Source: Chara braunii
Taxonomy: Eukaryota > Plantae > Charophyceae
DNA: 54,925 bases
Assembly (NCBI GenBank): GCA_003427395.1
Contig: BFEA01000007.1
Location: 377,112-432,036, forward strand
Direction of reading: 5' to 3'
In this document: piece after piece, positions 26,463-39,461 of the stretch
How positions within the stretch are numbered: the stretch's first letter is position 1
Layout: the number at the start of each line of letters is the position of its first letter
Translations under genes and position numbers: made by a program
Notes under the pieces: model-generated
Seen by the model: only the letters and a program-made list of their open reading frames with translations
What the model was told of the DNA's origin: nothing
Databases searched by the model: none

Positions 26463-27922
26463 ATAATATCTCATATCCCGAACTCTACTTCTATGATTAA
26501 TCCTCACCACATCTCCCTTCGATTCCAGTGTTTGTACCCAGCTGACCTCATCGAGTATAATACAACAACCCCATTTACATCGTTTGAAGGATGGTTGGTA
26601 AGATCGTACCTTTTAAGGGTGTGGTGAACTCACTTAATGAGAGAGACGCTAGAGCTACCAATCCATTCGTGCTCTCGCTAAAAAATAACCGTCTCACTCA
26701 CCGTTAGAATTATAACCAAGCTTTGAACACCTTCCTCCCTTTTGACGATAGCGTAGTCATTTATCCTGTAGAAGGAAAAATGACAACACCCACTGTGGAC
26801 CACGAACATTGTTACGGCGTAAGTCTCACTACTGCCTCTAGGACTTAATTATACCCTCTTCAAGCCTCTCATGCAAAAATATCAATCAACATTGCAATTC
26901 CTCAAAGGAAAAGTTCTAAATGTTGACCTACCTTGAAATAATTTTTTTCTTTCAAAGACTGGTCAGTCCATTCACCTTCGGTTCCATGCCGAATGTGGAT
27001 TTCATATGACTTTCTACCCTTATTGAGGAAAACAATTCATAAATATATCAAGTCAGACACAAAAAGTCAACAAACAATCAATAAATATGTATGTATACAT
27101 AACAAGTTATAAAAAAGAAGAAAAAATACAATAATACGTCACTTGGAATATATATAATCCATTCCCACATACATTTATTCATACCCAGTCATACATATTT
27201 ACCATAGTGGGAATAAGTAGTTCTACCACTCTTTATATAATACTGTAATTCGAGGAGTTTGATATCCCTCAAGTGGACACTTTCATACTTTGATTACATT
27301 CGGTATAGTCTTATAAAAAATGATTATTTAAATTAATAATCTTATATTCATGCTTTACACAATTCGGTATAGTCTTAATGATGCTTTAAACGATCATCAA
27401 GGTCCGACGATCATCAAGGTCCGAGTTCAATCATATAGCTTTAAGAATCAGATAAAACATAGGATTCGTGATAACTTAACAAAAATCATTGTTAGGTTTG
27501 AACTAAATTTTTTAAAGATTCTGATAGTACATTTTACAGGCCTCCTACATGAACAAAATTCTATGTGAAATACATTACTCGCAAAAAAATAATAGAAAAA
27601 TAATTTTTCGGAACTACTATAAGTGGTGAGGAGAAAACAAGTTTTGTTACAAAAAATCACTACTTTGCAAAGCACCGATTGTTGAGGAACATAAATAACT
27701 CATTTTTTTGTTTACCTAAAAAAATCATATATTTATAGTTCTTTAAGGTATGTAGCAGGACAAACCTATTCGGGGGTTTCTCAAATACGCATACATGTTG
27801 TACTATTCATGAATACATTAACTTTGATATGTTATCTCCTACATAGACTAATATATTATTTTTTGTGTTTTTTATTAAAATATTTTTTATTTTTAATTTT
27901 AAATTGTGGTTGGCTAAGAATT

Positions 27923-28219
27923 TGCAGGATGCCTCGGGGACTACCGGCGTAGGAGGGTTAGTGGTGAGCGGGTTTATGGACAAGGGAAGATGTAGGTGGT
28001 TTCCCCCTGATGAGACCTCGTCGCGGCGGTCGAAACCGGTCGGGGTGCCATACCCACCGGGCTTAGAGTTTGTGTTCTGATATGCAATCTTATGCATTTC
28101 TTTCGGATTTCTTCGAATTGTTGTCTGTTCGAAGGGTCTCGAACCCTGTACATGTGTTGTTTTTGCTCACTATGTACGTATGATGTGTGTCATCATCATC
28201 CAATATCAGTAATCACCTA
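27923..28219 (+). repeat. PLE1 5' pseudo-LTR (5'-truncated direct repeat)
   Basis: Aligns to 33176-33469. Confidence 0.92.
28003..28045 (+). ncRNA. Type I minimal hammerhead ribozyme (PLE1 5' pLTR)
   Basis: CCCC-CTGATGA-GACC..GGTC-GAAA-CCG-GTC-GGGG: helix I CCCC/GGGG, helix II GACC/GGTC, palindromic ACCGGT helix III. Predicted cleavage after C28041. Confidence 0.88.
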
Positions 28220-28460
28220 TTGAAGGCGCATGTGAACCAACCCAGAAACGATGGTTGGGAGTGTGTGAGCATGATTAACTGGCGAATTCGATTTGCCTAT
28301 GCGATGTTATTTTGCTATTCGGCGTTCGACAACGTTTTTGGTCTACATTTGACTTTGGAGTCCACGTGAAGATTGGCGGTCAAGAGCCTCTAGGCTCGAG
28401 TGAGTCGGAGGCTTCAGGCGAGAGGAGTTCGGGGACGTCAAGCGGGCAGCTGGGTTGATC

Positions 28461-31400
28461 ATGGGGAGTTCGGGCGGACGTGACTTCGGGCGGGAACATT
28501 CCCGAGAACAATACTCTGATCGTAACCGAGAGAGCGGCTATGATGGTGGACGAGATACAAGGCGGGAATACAGACGAGAACGAACGATGGAGTATGGGAG
28601 CTCCAACCATCAAGAATGGGGGCGCGATCCACCCCCTAGGCGTTTTACACCTGTCTGCTACGAATGTGGAGAACCGGGGCATTACCGGAATCAGTGCTCG
28701 AAGCTAGGGGGCGAGGGCAATACAAGGAGCGCGGTGCAGCGTGGGCGTTCCTTCTCTCCTAAGCGACAAGGATGTCTTCGAGAGGCGAGAGCGACATCAG
28801 AGGATCCAGCTCTTCGACAACAGATCGAGGATTTAGCCACGACAATCGGCTCCGTCAAGGAACATATCGATGCAGAGAACAGAAAGAAGGAGGAGAAGGC
28901 GAAGCGTAAACAAGAGAAGGAGGAGCAAAAGCGACGGGAAGAAGAGGCAAGACGTGAGGAGGAACAAGCTCGTGAAGCGGCTGAACGACGAAAGAAACGT
29001 AAGGAAGTGAAATTGAGGCAGATTGCGGAAGATCGGGAGCCGTTGAAGAAGAATATGCGCATGGAAGTGTCTATGCATATGGGGGGTCTACGTGAAGAAC
29101 TGATGTTCTTACGTGAGCGAGGGGGACAACAGTCTACCAAAACTCCTCCGAAAGCAAAAGGCAAACAAAAGATCGAGGAACGATCATCGGACGAAGAATC
29201 GTACGGTTCGTACGAAAGTGAGATAGAAGCTTTAAGCAACCAAACGGAGCAGCTCGGCATTTCCAAGAAAAGGACGCGAGGGGAGGACATGCCTCTCGGG
29301 GATAGTCCCCCCATGGAGACACCGGCGAAAAGGACGACGAAGCGACGTTTACACTTGAGCGTGACGCATCCTCCCATGAAGCGATCGCCTGTTGGGCATA
29401 CTCCGCGGCGGTGTGCCACGACCAAGGAAAAGATTCCGGCAGCACCGAGATCTAGCGGGAAGCTTAAATTCGTGACGGACAACCTGCGTAAGCTGGGAAA
29501 AATGAATGTCGAGGAACTCAAGCGATTGTGCGCGCAGGAAGACGTACAGTTGGGAGCTGAGTGCAGGAAGATGCAGATTCTTCTAACACTGACCGACAAA
29601 CGTACCCAGATGGCGTACAAAGAGGAAGAACGGTTAGGCGGAACCGAGGAGCAGGTGGCAGTGGAAACGCAGCAAGCCGCAGGCAGCGATGAAAGCCACA
29701 ATGCATCAAATATTCGTGAGTTATGAACGCTATGTAATCGGCTGATCGAATTTCGTAAAGGTAACATTTCGGATGTGGACGTGGAAAAACTGTACCGCAT
29801 GGTCATCATCTTGCTGGCTTTAGAAGGAGAAATCCGATGGATGGGGAAATGTACGGAATCGTGGGTTGCTCTCTACGTGAAGTATGGTATCAGAGTGTTT
29901 ACGGAGGAGGGTGGATGTGTGTACATCTTGACATCGCCGATGTGTAAGGCGCAATATGTCGGACAAACGAGTAGAGGTAGTCGTGTTCGTTGGTGTGAAC
30001 ATGTGTCCGTCTATAAGCGAGCTATCAAGTCTAATCACGTGTATAGATGGTGGCGGTCCTTTGGCATCGAATTCTACGTTCTGATACCCGTCGACCGTTG
30101 TATAGTGCGTGAGCTTCCACTGTTGGAACGCGTTTATATACGGCGTTGGTCTCCAACTTTGAATACAGCGGGTATTTCACGACCCAAGGGAGTAAAGAGC
30201 GATGGGAGAAAAGGACGTAAGGAACGAAACCGGATACGGGGAGAGGGACCTCGAAAACTACGAGTTGCCATTAACCCTGTTCGGGCTAGTGTCGAGGACG
30301 ATGGTGTGTACAGTATGGATATTTACCGACTTCTCTCGGATATGGAAGCGGCCAGTACAAGGAGTTTTACGTTACATATGGAAAGGGGGAATATATGGTG
30401 CGGAGGATGTAAATTTGTGCGTAACTCGTTCGGTGATTCGGTGGTACGACGCAAAGGTACGTGTTGTAAACTAAGGACGTGTAAATCATGGATGGAGCAG
30501 GGAGGAATCGTGGAGTTTAGGTAGTTGAGACGATGGAAACCGAAGTGTGGACCAGATAAGAAATTCCTGATATATCGATCTTGCGTTTTCCAGATTGAAT
30601 TGGAGTGTTGAAGTGTTCGCTGGAAGTCTAGATTCGTCTGAATGGCGTGGCGGCTGATTTTCAAAAAGCAAGTACTACCTCATTCTTACGAAGACTTATC
30701 GGACGCGTCGTGAAAGATGTCTACGGGTGGTGTCTTAACGCCAGAGTAATTGTGAGGTTGAAATTCGACGACCGTATCAAGATTGTGGAAGTGCGTAAGG
30801 TGCTTAATGATAAGATTGGGGAGCTGAAGATCCCAACCTCCATGAGGAATCTTGCACGTAATAACATCCAGATTGTTTGGGTGAAGAACCCTTCGATTGC
30901 TTGTTTGTTGCACAATCAGCGTTCTTTTGCGAAGGCTGAAGTGCTCACCTGCACTTGTGCAGGGCTTCCCTACCCTAGGGTGGGAGAACACGTGTGATTT
31001 CGATTGCAGGAGCTGGAGTACACGGATCCTCTTGTCTTTAATGCTAATAATGTACCAAGGCATACACATCCGAACCGAGGAAGGATGCTGAGTGAGGAGA
31101 TGGCTGACGGGATCCGAGGTTGGGCGAATTTCCGGGGACTGGCGCCGACCTTCAGCGAAGGTGAAGTGGCAAGGTGCATGACTGCAACTGAGGAAGTGAG
31201 TACAAGGTTCATCGATGTTAAGCAGGTGAAGGCGATTAAGGATCGTCTTAATGGTCTGGTTCTAACCCCATTGGATAGGAATCCAGGGAAAACGCTGGTG
31301 TTATGTCCTAAGATCGACTTCGACGCGCTGATGGAACTTTTCGTTAGCAGTCCGGGTTACGTAGTGGAGAGGTCGAAAGAAGAGGAGGTGAAGAGTCGCA

Positions 31401-32560
31401 TGCGAGAGGAAGCAAAGGAGGCGGGCTTGTTGTCATTCGTACGTTGGGATAAGAAAGGCATCTTCGGTGAGGCTTACGCGATGCCCAAGCAGAAGGACCT
31501 GACAAGGTTCAAGCCGATTTGTCCAACGTACAAGGAACCTACAGTCAGGACCTGTAGGGCTGTGGCCAAGGCCTTGAATCATCTGCTTCTTACTCTTCCA
31601 GGTGGATGGCACTTTAATTTGAAGTCGGTGTTTGATTTGGTGCCGAGAAGAAGATTGGGAGGAGGATTAAAGGGAAACAGCAACCGGTCATGATGTCTTA
31701 CGACATCAAGGACATATTTTCGAAGCTGCCGCACATTGATATCATCGAAGCAGTTGATTGGATCACCGACTATCACGTTAGTAAGGGAAGAAACTCTATT
31801 CGAGTGAACACAAGGGGTAAGGGTAGTTCTTTTGGCCGGACAACAGGGGATGACCATTGGCGGCAGCTGATACTGCAGGACCTGAAGCTGTTTGTAAGTT
31901 TCGAACTGAAGCATACATACACACGTGCGACGGGGGTACTGCTGAGACAAGTGGTGGGCATTCCTATGGGAAAATGTACGAGCCCGCCTCTTGCGTGTAT
32001 TATGTGTGCTTTTGCGGAATTTCGTTTTTTTGCAGAGTCTGGGTGATGTACAGCGGGACGTCTTCGGACTACGACTGATGGACGATGTAAGCTTGATCGT
32101 CGTACAGCGGCGGCGTAGTAAGATGAGCACGGAGGAGATTAGGGACGCTTTCGAGATATGCTATCCTAGTAACCTGCAGCTGAAACGAACGGATGATGGA
32201 TTGGGAGAGTGGGACTGGACCCTCATGGTGGCGGATGCCATCCAACCTTATGTCGGCTGTTACCAGATGACGAAGAACGTCAAGTCTATCTGGGAAAACG
32301 ACATTATGGAATTCAAGAGTGGGCAGTCGTACCGCTCATGGGGCAGCAAGCTCCAGAAGAGTGCAGCGCTTTCTAGCCAACTGCACCGCATCGACTGAAA
32401 CACGAGTCGAGGATGGATGATTCCAATGCGGGTATTGGACATGACCAGGGAGTCGCGCATGAAAGATTTCCCACCACTGTTTGTCGAGTGCGTCATTCGG
32501 CATTTCGTTGTGGGTAGGGACAAGATTTGGTCGACAACAGTGGAGTGGTTGTATAAGTAG
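28461..32560 (+). pseudogene. PLE1 polyprotein: CCHC zinc knuckle, coiled coil, SAP-like motif, GIY-YIG endonuclease, Cys/His linker, reverse transcriptase (several stops and frameshifts)
   Basis: CYECGEPGHYRNQC; LGKMNVEELKRLC..KMQILLTL; CVYILTS..YVGQTSR..RWCEH..LERVYIRRWSPTLN; CTC..EHV; YDIKDIFSKLPH; QVVGIPMGKCTSPPLA; RLMDDV. Confidence 0.9.
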
Positions 32561-33175
32561 TGTTCATTGAGGATAGGGAAGGCCAGATGTTTAGGTAGCT
32601 GCAAGACAGATGCGTATGCTGCTAAAAGTTACGGTCTGTGGTCTGTATCTTTTTGGACCAGTTGTAGGGACAGCTGGTCAGTACCTGCGCAGGTGACTGG
32701 GTGGGAGGATGTTGGGACAGGGCTGGCCGTAGGCTTGGGGCTAGCAGCAGAGATTGACTTGTGACCGAGTGGGTCTGTCCTTTGTTGTTTTGTTTCATTT
32801 GATTTTCAGCTTTCGGCCTTTGCGGCTCTGGACGACTCGACTTGGTTTGGAGCCTTTCGGCTTTTTTGGCCTTCTGGCTTTTTTGGTCCTTCTACTTTTT
32901 TCGGCATTTTTCGTAGTTAGTTTTTTCTTGGCTTTTTGTTTTTGTGCTTAGGCCATCGGGCTATTGGTTTAATCGTTTTTTTTGTAACATTCGACTACGG
33001 TCATTTTGGGCTAGGACGATAGCGGACGCCTGCACTGACTGGGTGCCTGGGTCTGCAGGTCGGTTTTTTGTTTTTGCTTTTTTGCTTTTTGGTAGCCAAG
33101 TGTGTTTCCTGTGTAGGTCTATAGATAGGTAGATTGCTAAGGCATAACTCTTTCCGGGTTCTGCGCCGACGAACG

Positions 33176-33469
33176 TGCGGGATATCGCGCGGACTACCGA
33201 CGTAGGAGGGTTAGTGGTGAGCGGGTTTATGGACAAGGGAAGATGATGTTGTTTCCCCCTGATGAGACCGCGTGGCGGCGGTCGAAACCGGTCGGGGTGC
33301 CATACACCGGGCTTGGAGTTTGTGTTCTGATATGCAATCTTATGCATTTCTTTCGGATTTCTTCGAATTGTTGTCTGTTCGAAGGGTCTCGAACCCTGTA
33401 CATGTGTTGTTTTTGCTCACTATGTACGTATGATGTGTGTCATCATCATCCAATATCAATAATCACCTA
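33176..33469 (+). repeat. PLE1 3' pseudo-LTR
   Basis: Direct repeat of 27923-28219, preceded by a T-rich 3' UTR. Confidence 0.92.
33255..33297 (+). ncRNA. Type I minimal hammerhead ribozyme (PLE1 3' pLTR)
   Basis: CCCC-CTGATGA-GACCGC gtggcg GCGGTC-GAAA-CCG-GTC-GGGG, with a 6-bp helix II. Confidence 0.9.
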
Positions 33470-33584
33470 AGAATTTGAACATGTCTTTTAAAGAAAAGTT
33501 GCTTGAATTCTTCTTTTACATAACATATATTTTTTTATAAGGGTTTTACAATTAAGTTAAAACTTGATTTATATTATTTTATAG

Positions 33585-33755
33585 CTGGGTAGCACGGCGT
33601 ACACGTACGCGAGTTCCGCATACGCGCATACTCGTATGCACGTATGCGCATACGTGACGCATACGTAAATTTAGGGCCCACGTACGTGGTCATAGCGGGC
33701 CGTTTCCTGGGGTTGTCGGGGGGGTGGGCGTTGGGATTGGTGTGTGTGTGTGTGT

Positions 33756-33799
<44 letters not shown>

Positions 33800-34843
33800 G
33801 AGAAGAAAAAGTGTGCTGACACTATCGGACCGAAGAAACTGCCCTTATCAACGGGCAACATGAATCCGGAAGCGGGGCGACATGCACAAAGGACAAAAAA
33901 TATGACGGTGTATCTTTCCATGTTTTGGCGGAAGATTCATTCATTCGTTGGGTGGTGGAGAGCAAAGGGCCGATGAATCAGGTAAGCACGTAACGTATCT
34001 CTGGAACCTTTTTTTTTTTTTTTTGGAGAATCTCTGAACAAATGAGCCTGAATCCTCCACTTGAACATGGAAAGATATATTGCCATATATGTCTTGTTGT
34101 GCATGTCGAGAGTAGTGCAGCGAGCCCGTTGGTAAACATTCCCGTTGAGGTTCTGACAGGTTGGACGCGTCGGGCTTCACTCGTGCAAAGATGTTTTTCC
34201 TTTACGTTTTTTTATTTTTATTAAAAAAAAACGATTCCAGGAAAAACGACTGCCAGTTCCGTCGTTTTCTACTTCAGGAGCATGGTCCCATTCGCAAAGA
34301 GGGTTGGATAAAAATCCTGAATCTGGACTTGCTTTAAGCACAGATGCGGAAAAACAGTCCAATCTCAACATTCTGCACCTCTCCACAAGCAAGTCCAGAT
34401 TCAGGTGTTCAATCCAATCGTCTTTGCTAATGGGACCTCGCTCCAGAAGTAATACGAAGAGAACGTTTTAAGCGATCGCGACCCTCATCATGACTGAATT
34501 TGGCCTGCAAGAACCTTACCATACAAACGGCAATTACCGTTGAGATTCTGTGTCGGGCGACACTCGTGCAAAGAAATTTTGTTTTTTTTAAAAAAAAAAA
34601 AAAAAACATTCCAGGAAAAACGGCTGTCAGTTCCGTCGTTTTCTTCTTCAGAAGTAATAAGAAGAGAACGTTTTGAGAAATCGCGACCCTCATCATGATT
34701 GAATCTGGCCGCAAGTATGCTATATATATATTATATATACATTATATATATCTGTAAAAAAAAAAAAAAAAAAAACGCTTACGCGTATGCTTTTTTTTTG
34801 GCACGTATGCGTACGGTGCATACGCGTACGTGGTGCTACCCAG
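33585..34843. mobile_element. Non-autonomous hAT-type element
   Basis: TIR CTGGGTAGCAC/GTGCTACCCAG, 8-bp TSD TTTTATAG (33577-33584 and 34844-34851), TACGC-rich subtermini. Confidence 0.88.
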
Positions 34844-35581
34844 TTTTATAGTTCTATAAACAAGTTTTTGCAGAGCTTGTTTTTTACCAAACTGTTGAAA
34901 ATGACTTATAAGTGCATAAATGAGCATTCATTAAAACTGTATTTTTTAACATCTTTCGAGTTCCCGTTTTAGTCCTTAAAGATGATATTGTTTGCACTAT
35001 GCTTTTTGTCAATCTACTGAGAACAACTTATAGTCTTATAACATGCTCTTTGCTGACAATGATTTTCTTGCACATTTGGAGAATCGCTAAACCTTTTGCC
35101 ACTTTTTTACTTCCTTTCTAAGGGAATAATTAAAAATGCTCTCTTTTATGTGTAAAAAATAACAGTTTGACTTTAACTTTTTCATTCTAAAAAAAAATGT
35201 TAGGTTTTGTGTTTTTTTTGGTTTTCACGTATTCAGTGTTGTAATTTGACTATAAATTTTTATGAAACGACCCTAAAACTAATAAACTCTCGGACTCCTT
35301 AATACATAACTTCAAATAATATTTTCCACATAGATGTGCTAACATTACATTTATTGTACTATTCGTCCTTAAGAACTAAATACTCACAAGGTAGATTACG
35401 ACGTAACTAATTTTGTATCCCATGAACTTATAGGGGTTAATTATTCTTTCAATAAACAACCCTATCAGTTAAACTCTATACCACATTGCCATAGTGTTAT
35501 AATCATATCTCTACTAAACAATCGCCCTATATTTAGCAGATTTTAAAAAAGGGTAGTTATTTTATGCAGATAGTCCTAAAC

Positions 35582-36064
35582 CTAGGTTGTTTTACCGGAC
35601 GTTCGGGACCCCCCTGATCATCCGGGATGTCCGACCAGACTTCTGGTCGGACGTCGGATAGGATAGGGGTTGTCCGACCTAGCGCAAAAAAAAAAAAAAA
35701 CTTTTTTTTTTTTTGAAAAAAATCAAATGGCTTCTACCTTGCATAAGGTGTATACCACCAAACTTTTGGCTCATTTGAGCCGGTAGAAAAGAAGATAAAA
35801 ATCTTCAAAGTTTCTAATCCCCACCTATCCCCACCAAAACCCCTTGTACCCCCCCCCCCCCCCCCCAAAAACACCCCCTCACCCAAAACCCCCAAAAATT
35901 TTTAATTTTTTTTTAGGGGGTTTTTAAAAAAACGCCAAAACTTTTTTATTTTTTTTTTTTTTTTTTTTTTTTTTAGTCAAAAAGTGGTTGTCCGGGATCC
36001 CGAACAACCCCCGTACGGGACGGTTGGGGGAGACGTCCGACCATCAAACGACTGGGAACCTTAG
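35582..36064. mobile_element. hAT-type MITE, inverted relative of 25949-26462
   Basis: Ends CTAGGTT/AACCTTAG, 8-bp TSD TCCTAAAC (35574-35581 and 36065-36072), internal reverse-complement similarity to 25949-26462. Confidence 0.82.
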
Positions 36065-37675
36065 TCCTAAACTCGTATGTTGCACGATACAACCTTCATA
36101 ATTAGACTATTATCGAGAGACCGAGTCTATCATTATGATCTGTATCATACACCGATAAAAATTGGATCATCGATTTAGATACTGTAAGTAATAACTAATA
36201 AGGTTAATTTAAATTACAATCTTATAATCAAAATATATGACGCATGACCTCACGAACACACATGGTCGTTAAGTATTTAGCCTAACAATTTTACACTTTT
36301 CCAGGTGTTCAATGAGTCTACTAGACATTCACATACATCAGCGCTAGCGCACTGCTGTGTAAGCTGGCTGAGGCGTTGAGCCCGAGGTGCCCGTTTTACA
36401 ATTTTTTGTTGACGTCGCTGCATTGTCTCAGTGTCAGCGCCGTCGGGGGCGGTGCTTGGGCAACGAGGGATCGCAAGGATGTTGTCAAGAAGATGGTGGT
36501 GCCTAGCCAAAGCTTGTTGCTGGGGTGGTGAGAGTGTGGGGGGTTGCGTGTGTGGGCACTAAGAGGGACACGCTGCAAGAGGGTCTGAAGATCCCTTGCC
36601 ATGAGCCAGTCCCGGTTGATTGGGGTTAGTAGTCCTATTCGAACGAGGAACGATGGTGGCAGATGTGCGGCCATTCGACGGGCGGGATCTACACATTGCG
36701 ATTTGCCAAAGTTTCAGTTGTATTATAATTGATTCACACCTGATGGAACCAATTGAGGGCTTAGTCCTTCGGTCTTTGATATGAAAATGTTGCAGGGTTA
36801 TCATGTATACGAGCAATTGTGGGCAGCCTGCGGCAAAATCTTGCCAGAGTTCTATGACGATAGAATGCCGTGGTGCGACGGGGCTGACCACACGAGCTAT
36901 GCTGCTTTGTTGATTTTGTTGGAATATAGAAACTAGCTGTTGTTATTGAATTTGTCGAGTGGATTAAATTGTGGAAATTAGGGTTGGATGATCGGGGTTT
37001 GCAGCTAATGAAAATTTGGTTTGCAGGATTCCAAACACAAAGAATATGATTTTGTAGATTTAGTGATAGAAATAGTAATTTGCTATTATTTTGTGTTGAA
37101 ACTAGGGCTTCTTCTACGTCTGCTGCCTTTTGAATTCTTTGCAGACAATAGGAATTATGTTTTGAACGATTGTAGAAATTGTGGTTGTCTCAGACGACGA
37201 ATATCGTTATGTAAAGAAAATAATTAGATTGTGGGATTGATATGTTGTAGGTGATTATCATTTTATGGTTGGTGGAAACTAGGGTTGGACACCTGACTTT
37301 TGCAGGTACGGGGAATGAGGTTTGCGGGATTGCAGGTAGCAATGAGAATAGGTTTATGTTGGCTTGTTGATTTTGTTGGCCAATACAAACTAGCTGTTGT
37401 TATCGGACTTGCCGTGTGTTGAAACAGTATTAGGGCTGGATGATCGGGGTTTGCGGCTATTTGTTAGTATTTTTCACGGATCTTAGGGTTTGCAGTGACA
37501 TAGTGGTCCGATCTTAGGGCTTGACCGGTGATGTCTCGCCCTTCGATGGGGCCACCTACCTTTATAAGGGACATAGTGGTCCGATCTTAGGGTTTGCAGT
37601 GACATGTGAGGGATGTCAGGCCCATTTTCTGACTTATTGAAATATAAGACACACCGAACCCGGTTCTCAGCTGTT

Positions 37676-37725
<50 letters not shown>

Positions 37726-38539
37726 TCAGAAAAATCTGAAAAAAACGTATGTTATACAAAACAATAAACTGAACAACTTTTGCCATGGAATCATATCCAA
37801 ATTCGTTTCCAATTTTAAAATAAAAAATAAAATAAAGTAAAAACGTTTTTTTTTTTACTTTTTTCGTGTTTTTTAATTGCTAAAAATGGAGTTGTCCAGG
37901 CCCGGACGTCCGGGACCCCCCTGACTGTCCGCCCAGACGTCCGGCCAGGACGTCCTGCCATTGGATAACTGGTAGCCTAGCATATTTATCTTTCTGATTT
38001 ACTTTAAAAATAATTATTTTATTTACTAACTTCTCTAATATATTTAATTACTTCAATTACTTATTTATTTATTTTATTTTTAATTAATTCATTTATATAT
38101 TTGTTTAATTAGAATATATATATATATTTTTAAATAATTCAATTTATAAATATTCTTTATGTAGTTTATCTCATGGTTGCCCCGTACCCGAACATCCAGA
38201 CACCTGACATCGGGCCCGGATCCGTGTCTCGATTAATCCGGACGTCTGGTAATCCGACACCGATCCGGACAACGAGACATACGGAACCGGATGGTTCGCG
38301 GTTATGAATGAACAGGTCCGGATGTCCGGATTGAAAAAAAAAAAAAAAACAAGCAAACAAACAAACAAACACACGCACACACACACACTGCTGTAGTTGT
38401 ATTACCTGACTTATTTCGAACACACTCACATACACACAAAGTGTCGTGCACGTGTGACACACACACCACTTTTCTTAAAGGTGTTGCTAACTCTGGGCGA
38501 TGTCGTGGGTCCTTATCCATCACTCAAATGAATCATGGG

Positions 38540-38596
38540 CAGATTGTCGCGGTTCAACCTCTTGATGAGTCGGTGAAAGGCTGATGAAACAGTCTG
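38540..38596 (+). ncRNA. Degenerate type III hammerhead (C3 changed to U)
   Basis: cagattgtc gcggttcaacctc TTGATGA gtcggtgaaaggctgat GAAA cagtctg. Confidence 0.7.
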
Positions 38597-39179
38597 GCAA
38601 AGTCATTTTTATTTACTTATTTATTTTCTTCATTAAAAAATAATTATTTTATTTATGCACTTCTCTACTATATTTAATTATTCTAGTTACTTATTTATTT
38701 ACTCCATTTTTAATTAATTATTTTATTTATTTATTTATTTAATATATTTTTCTTATTTTTCTATTTTCTCACTTAAATAATTTTATTTATTTATTTATTT
38801 ATATTCTTTATTTAGTTCATTTCATGGTTGCCCCGGACCCGGACATCCAGGCATCGAACACCGGTCCCGGACCCATGTTTGGATTAATCCGGACGTCCAG
38901 TAATCCGACATCGATCCGGACAACCGGACATACGGAACCGTACGGTCCGGTTATCAATGAACAATTCCGGATGTCCAGAATGAAAACAAACAAACAAACA
39001 AACAAACACACGCACAGACACACTGCTGTAGTTGTATTATCCGACTTATTTTGAACACACTCACATACACACAATGTCGTGCACACACACACATACACAC
39101 ACAGACCACTTTTATCAAGGGTGTTGCTAACTCTGGGTGATGTCACGAGTCCTTATCCATCACTCAAATGAATCTTGGG

Positions 39180-39235
39180 CAGACTGCCGGGGTTCAACCT
39201 CCTGACGAGTCCGTGAAAAGCTGACGAAACAGTCT
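39180..39235 (+). ncRNA. Degenerate type III hammerhead (U16.1 changed to C)
   Basis: cagactgcc ggggttcaacctc CTGACGA gtccgtgaaaagctgac GAAA cagtct. Confidence 0.7.
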
Positions 39236-39461
39236 CGCAGAGTCGTTCTTATTTGCTTATTTGTTTTCTTCATTAAAAATTAATTGTTTTATTTACTAAC
39301 TTCTCTAGTATATTTAATTACTCTAGTTACTTATTTATTTACTTCATTACTAATTAATTATTTTATTTTGGTTTAATTTAGTATATTTTCCTCAATGTTT
39401 TATTTTCTCACTTAAATATTAATTGTTATTTATTTGTTAAAATTCTTTATTTAGTTTATTT

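Larger units (their letters stand above)
27925..33466 (+). mobile_element. Penelope-like retroelement 1 (N-terminal GIY-YIG, Naiad/Chlamys-type), near full length
   Basis: Direct pseudo-LTRs (~27923-28219 and ~33176-33469), each with a hammerhead. TSD (CTA)AGAATTTG at 27914-27924 and 33467-33477. GIY-YIG precedes RT. Confidence 0.93.

Noticed and set aside
28691-29809. 372-aa antisense ORF
   Set aside because: Shadow of the purine-rich coiled-coil coding strand.
29724-32398. In-frame TGAs as selenocysteine codons (known in some Naiad PLEs)
   Set aside because: They align to Trp, Gln or Lys in PLE2 rather than Cys, and fit TGG/CGA to TGA decay. No SECIS was recognised.
27923-33469. LTR retrotransposon interpretation (direct repeats plus CCHC gag-like ORF)
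   Set aside because: No TG..CA ends, PBS/PPT, protease, RNase H or integrase. GIY-YIG, PLE-type RT and hammerheads indicate a Penelope-like element.
36277-36900. GC-richer segment with short minus-strand ORFs
   Set aside because: No recognisable motif; probably a decayed TE that I cannot assign.
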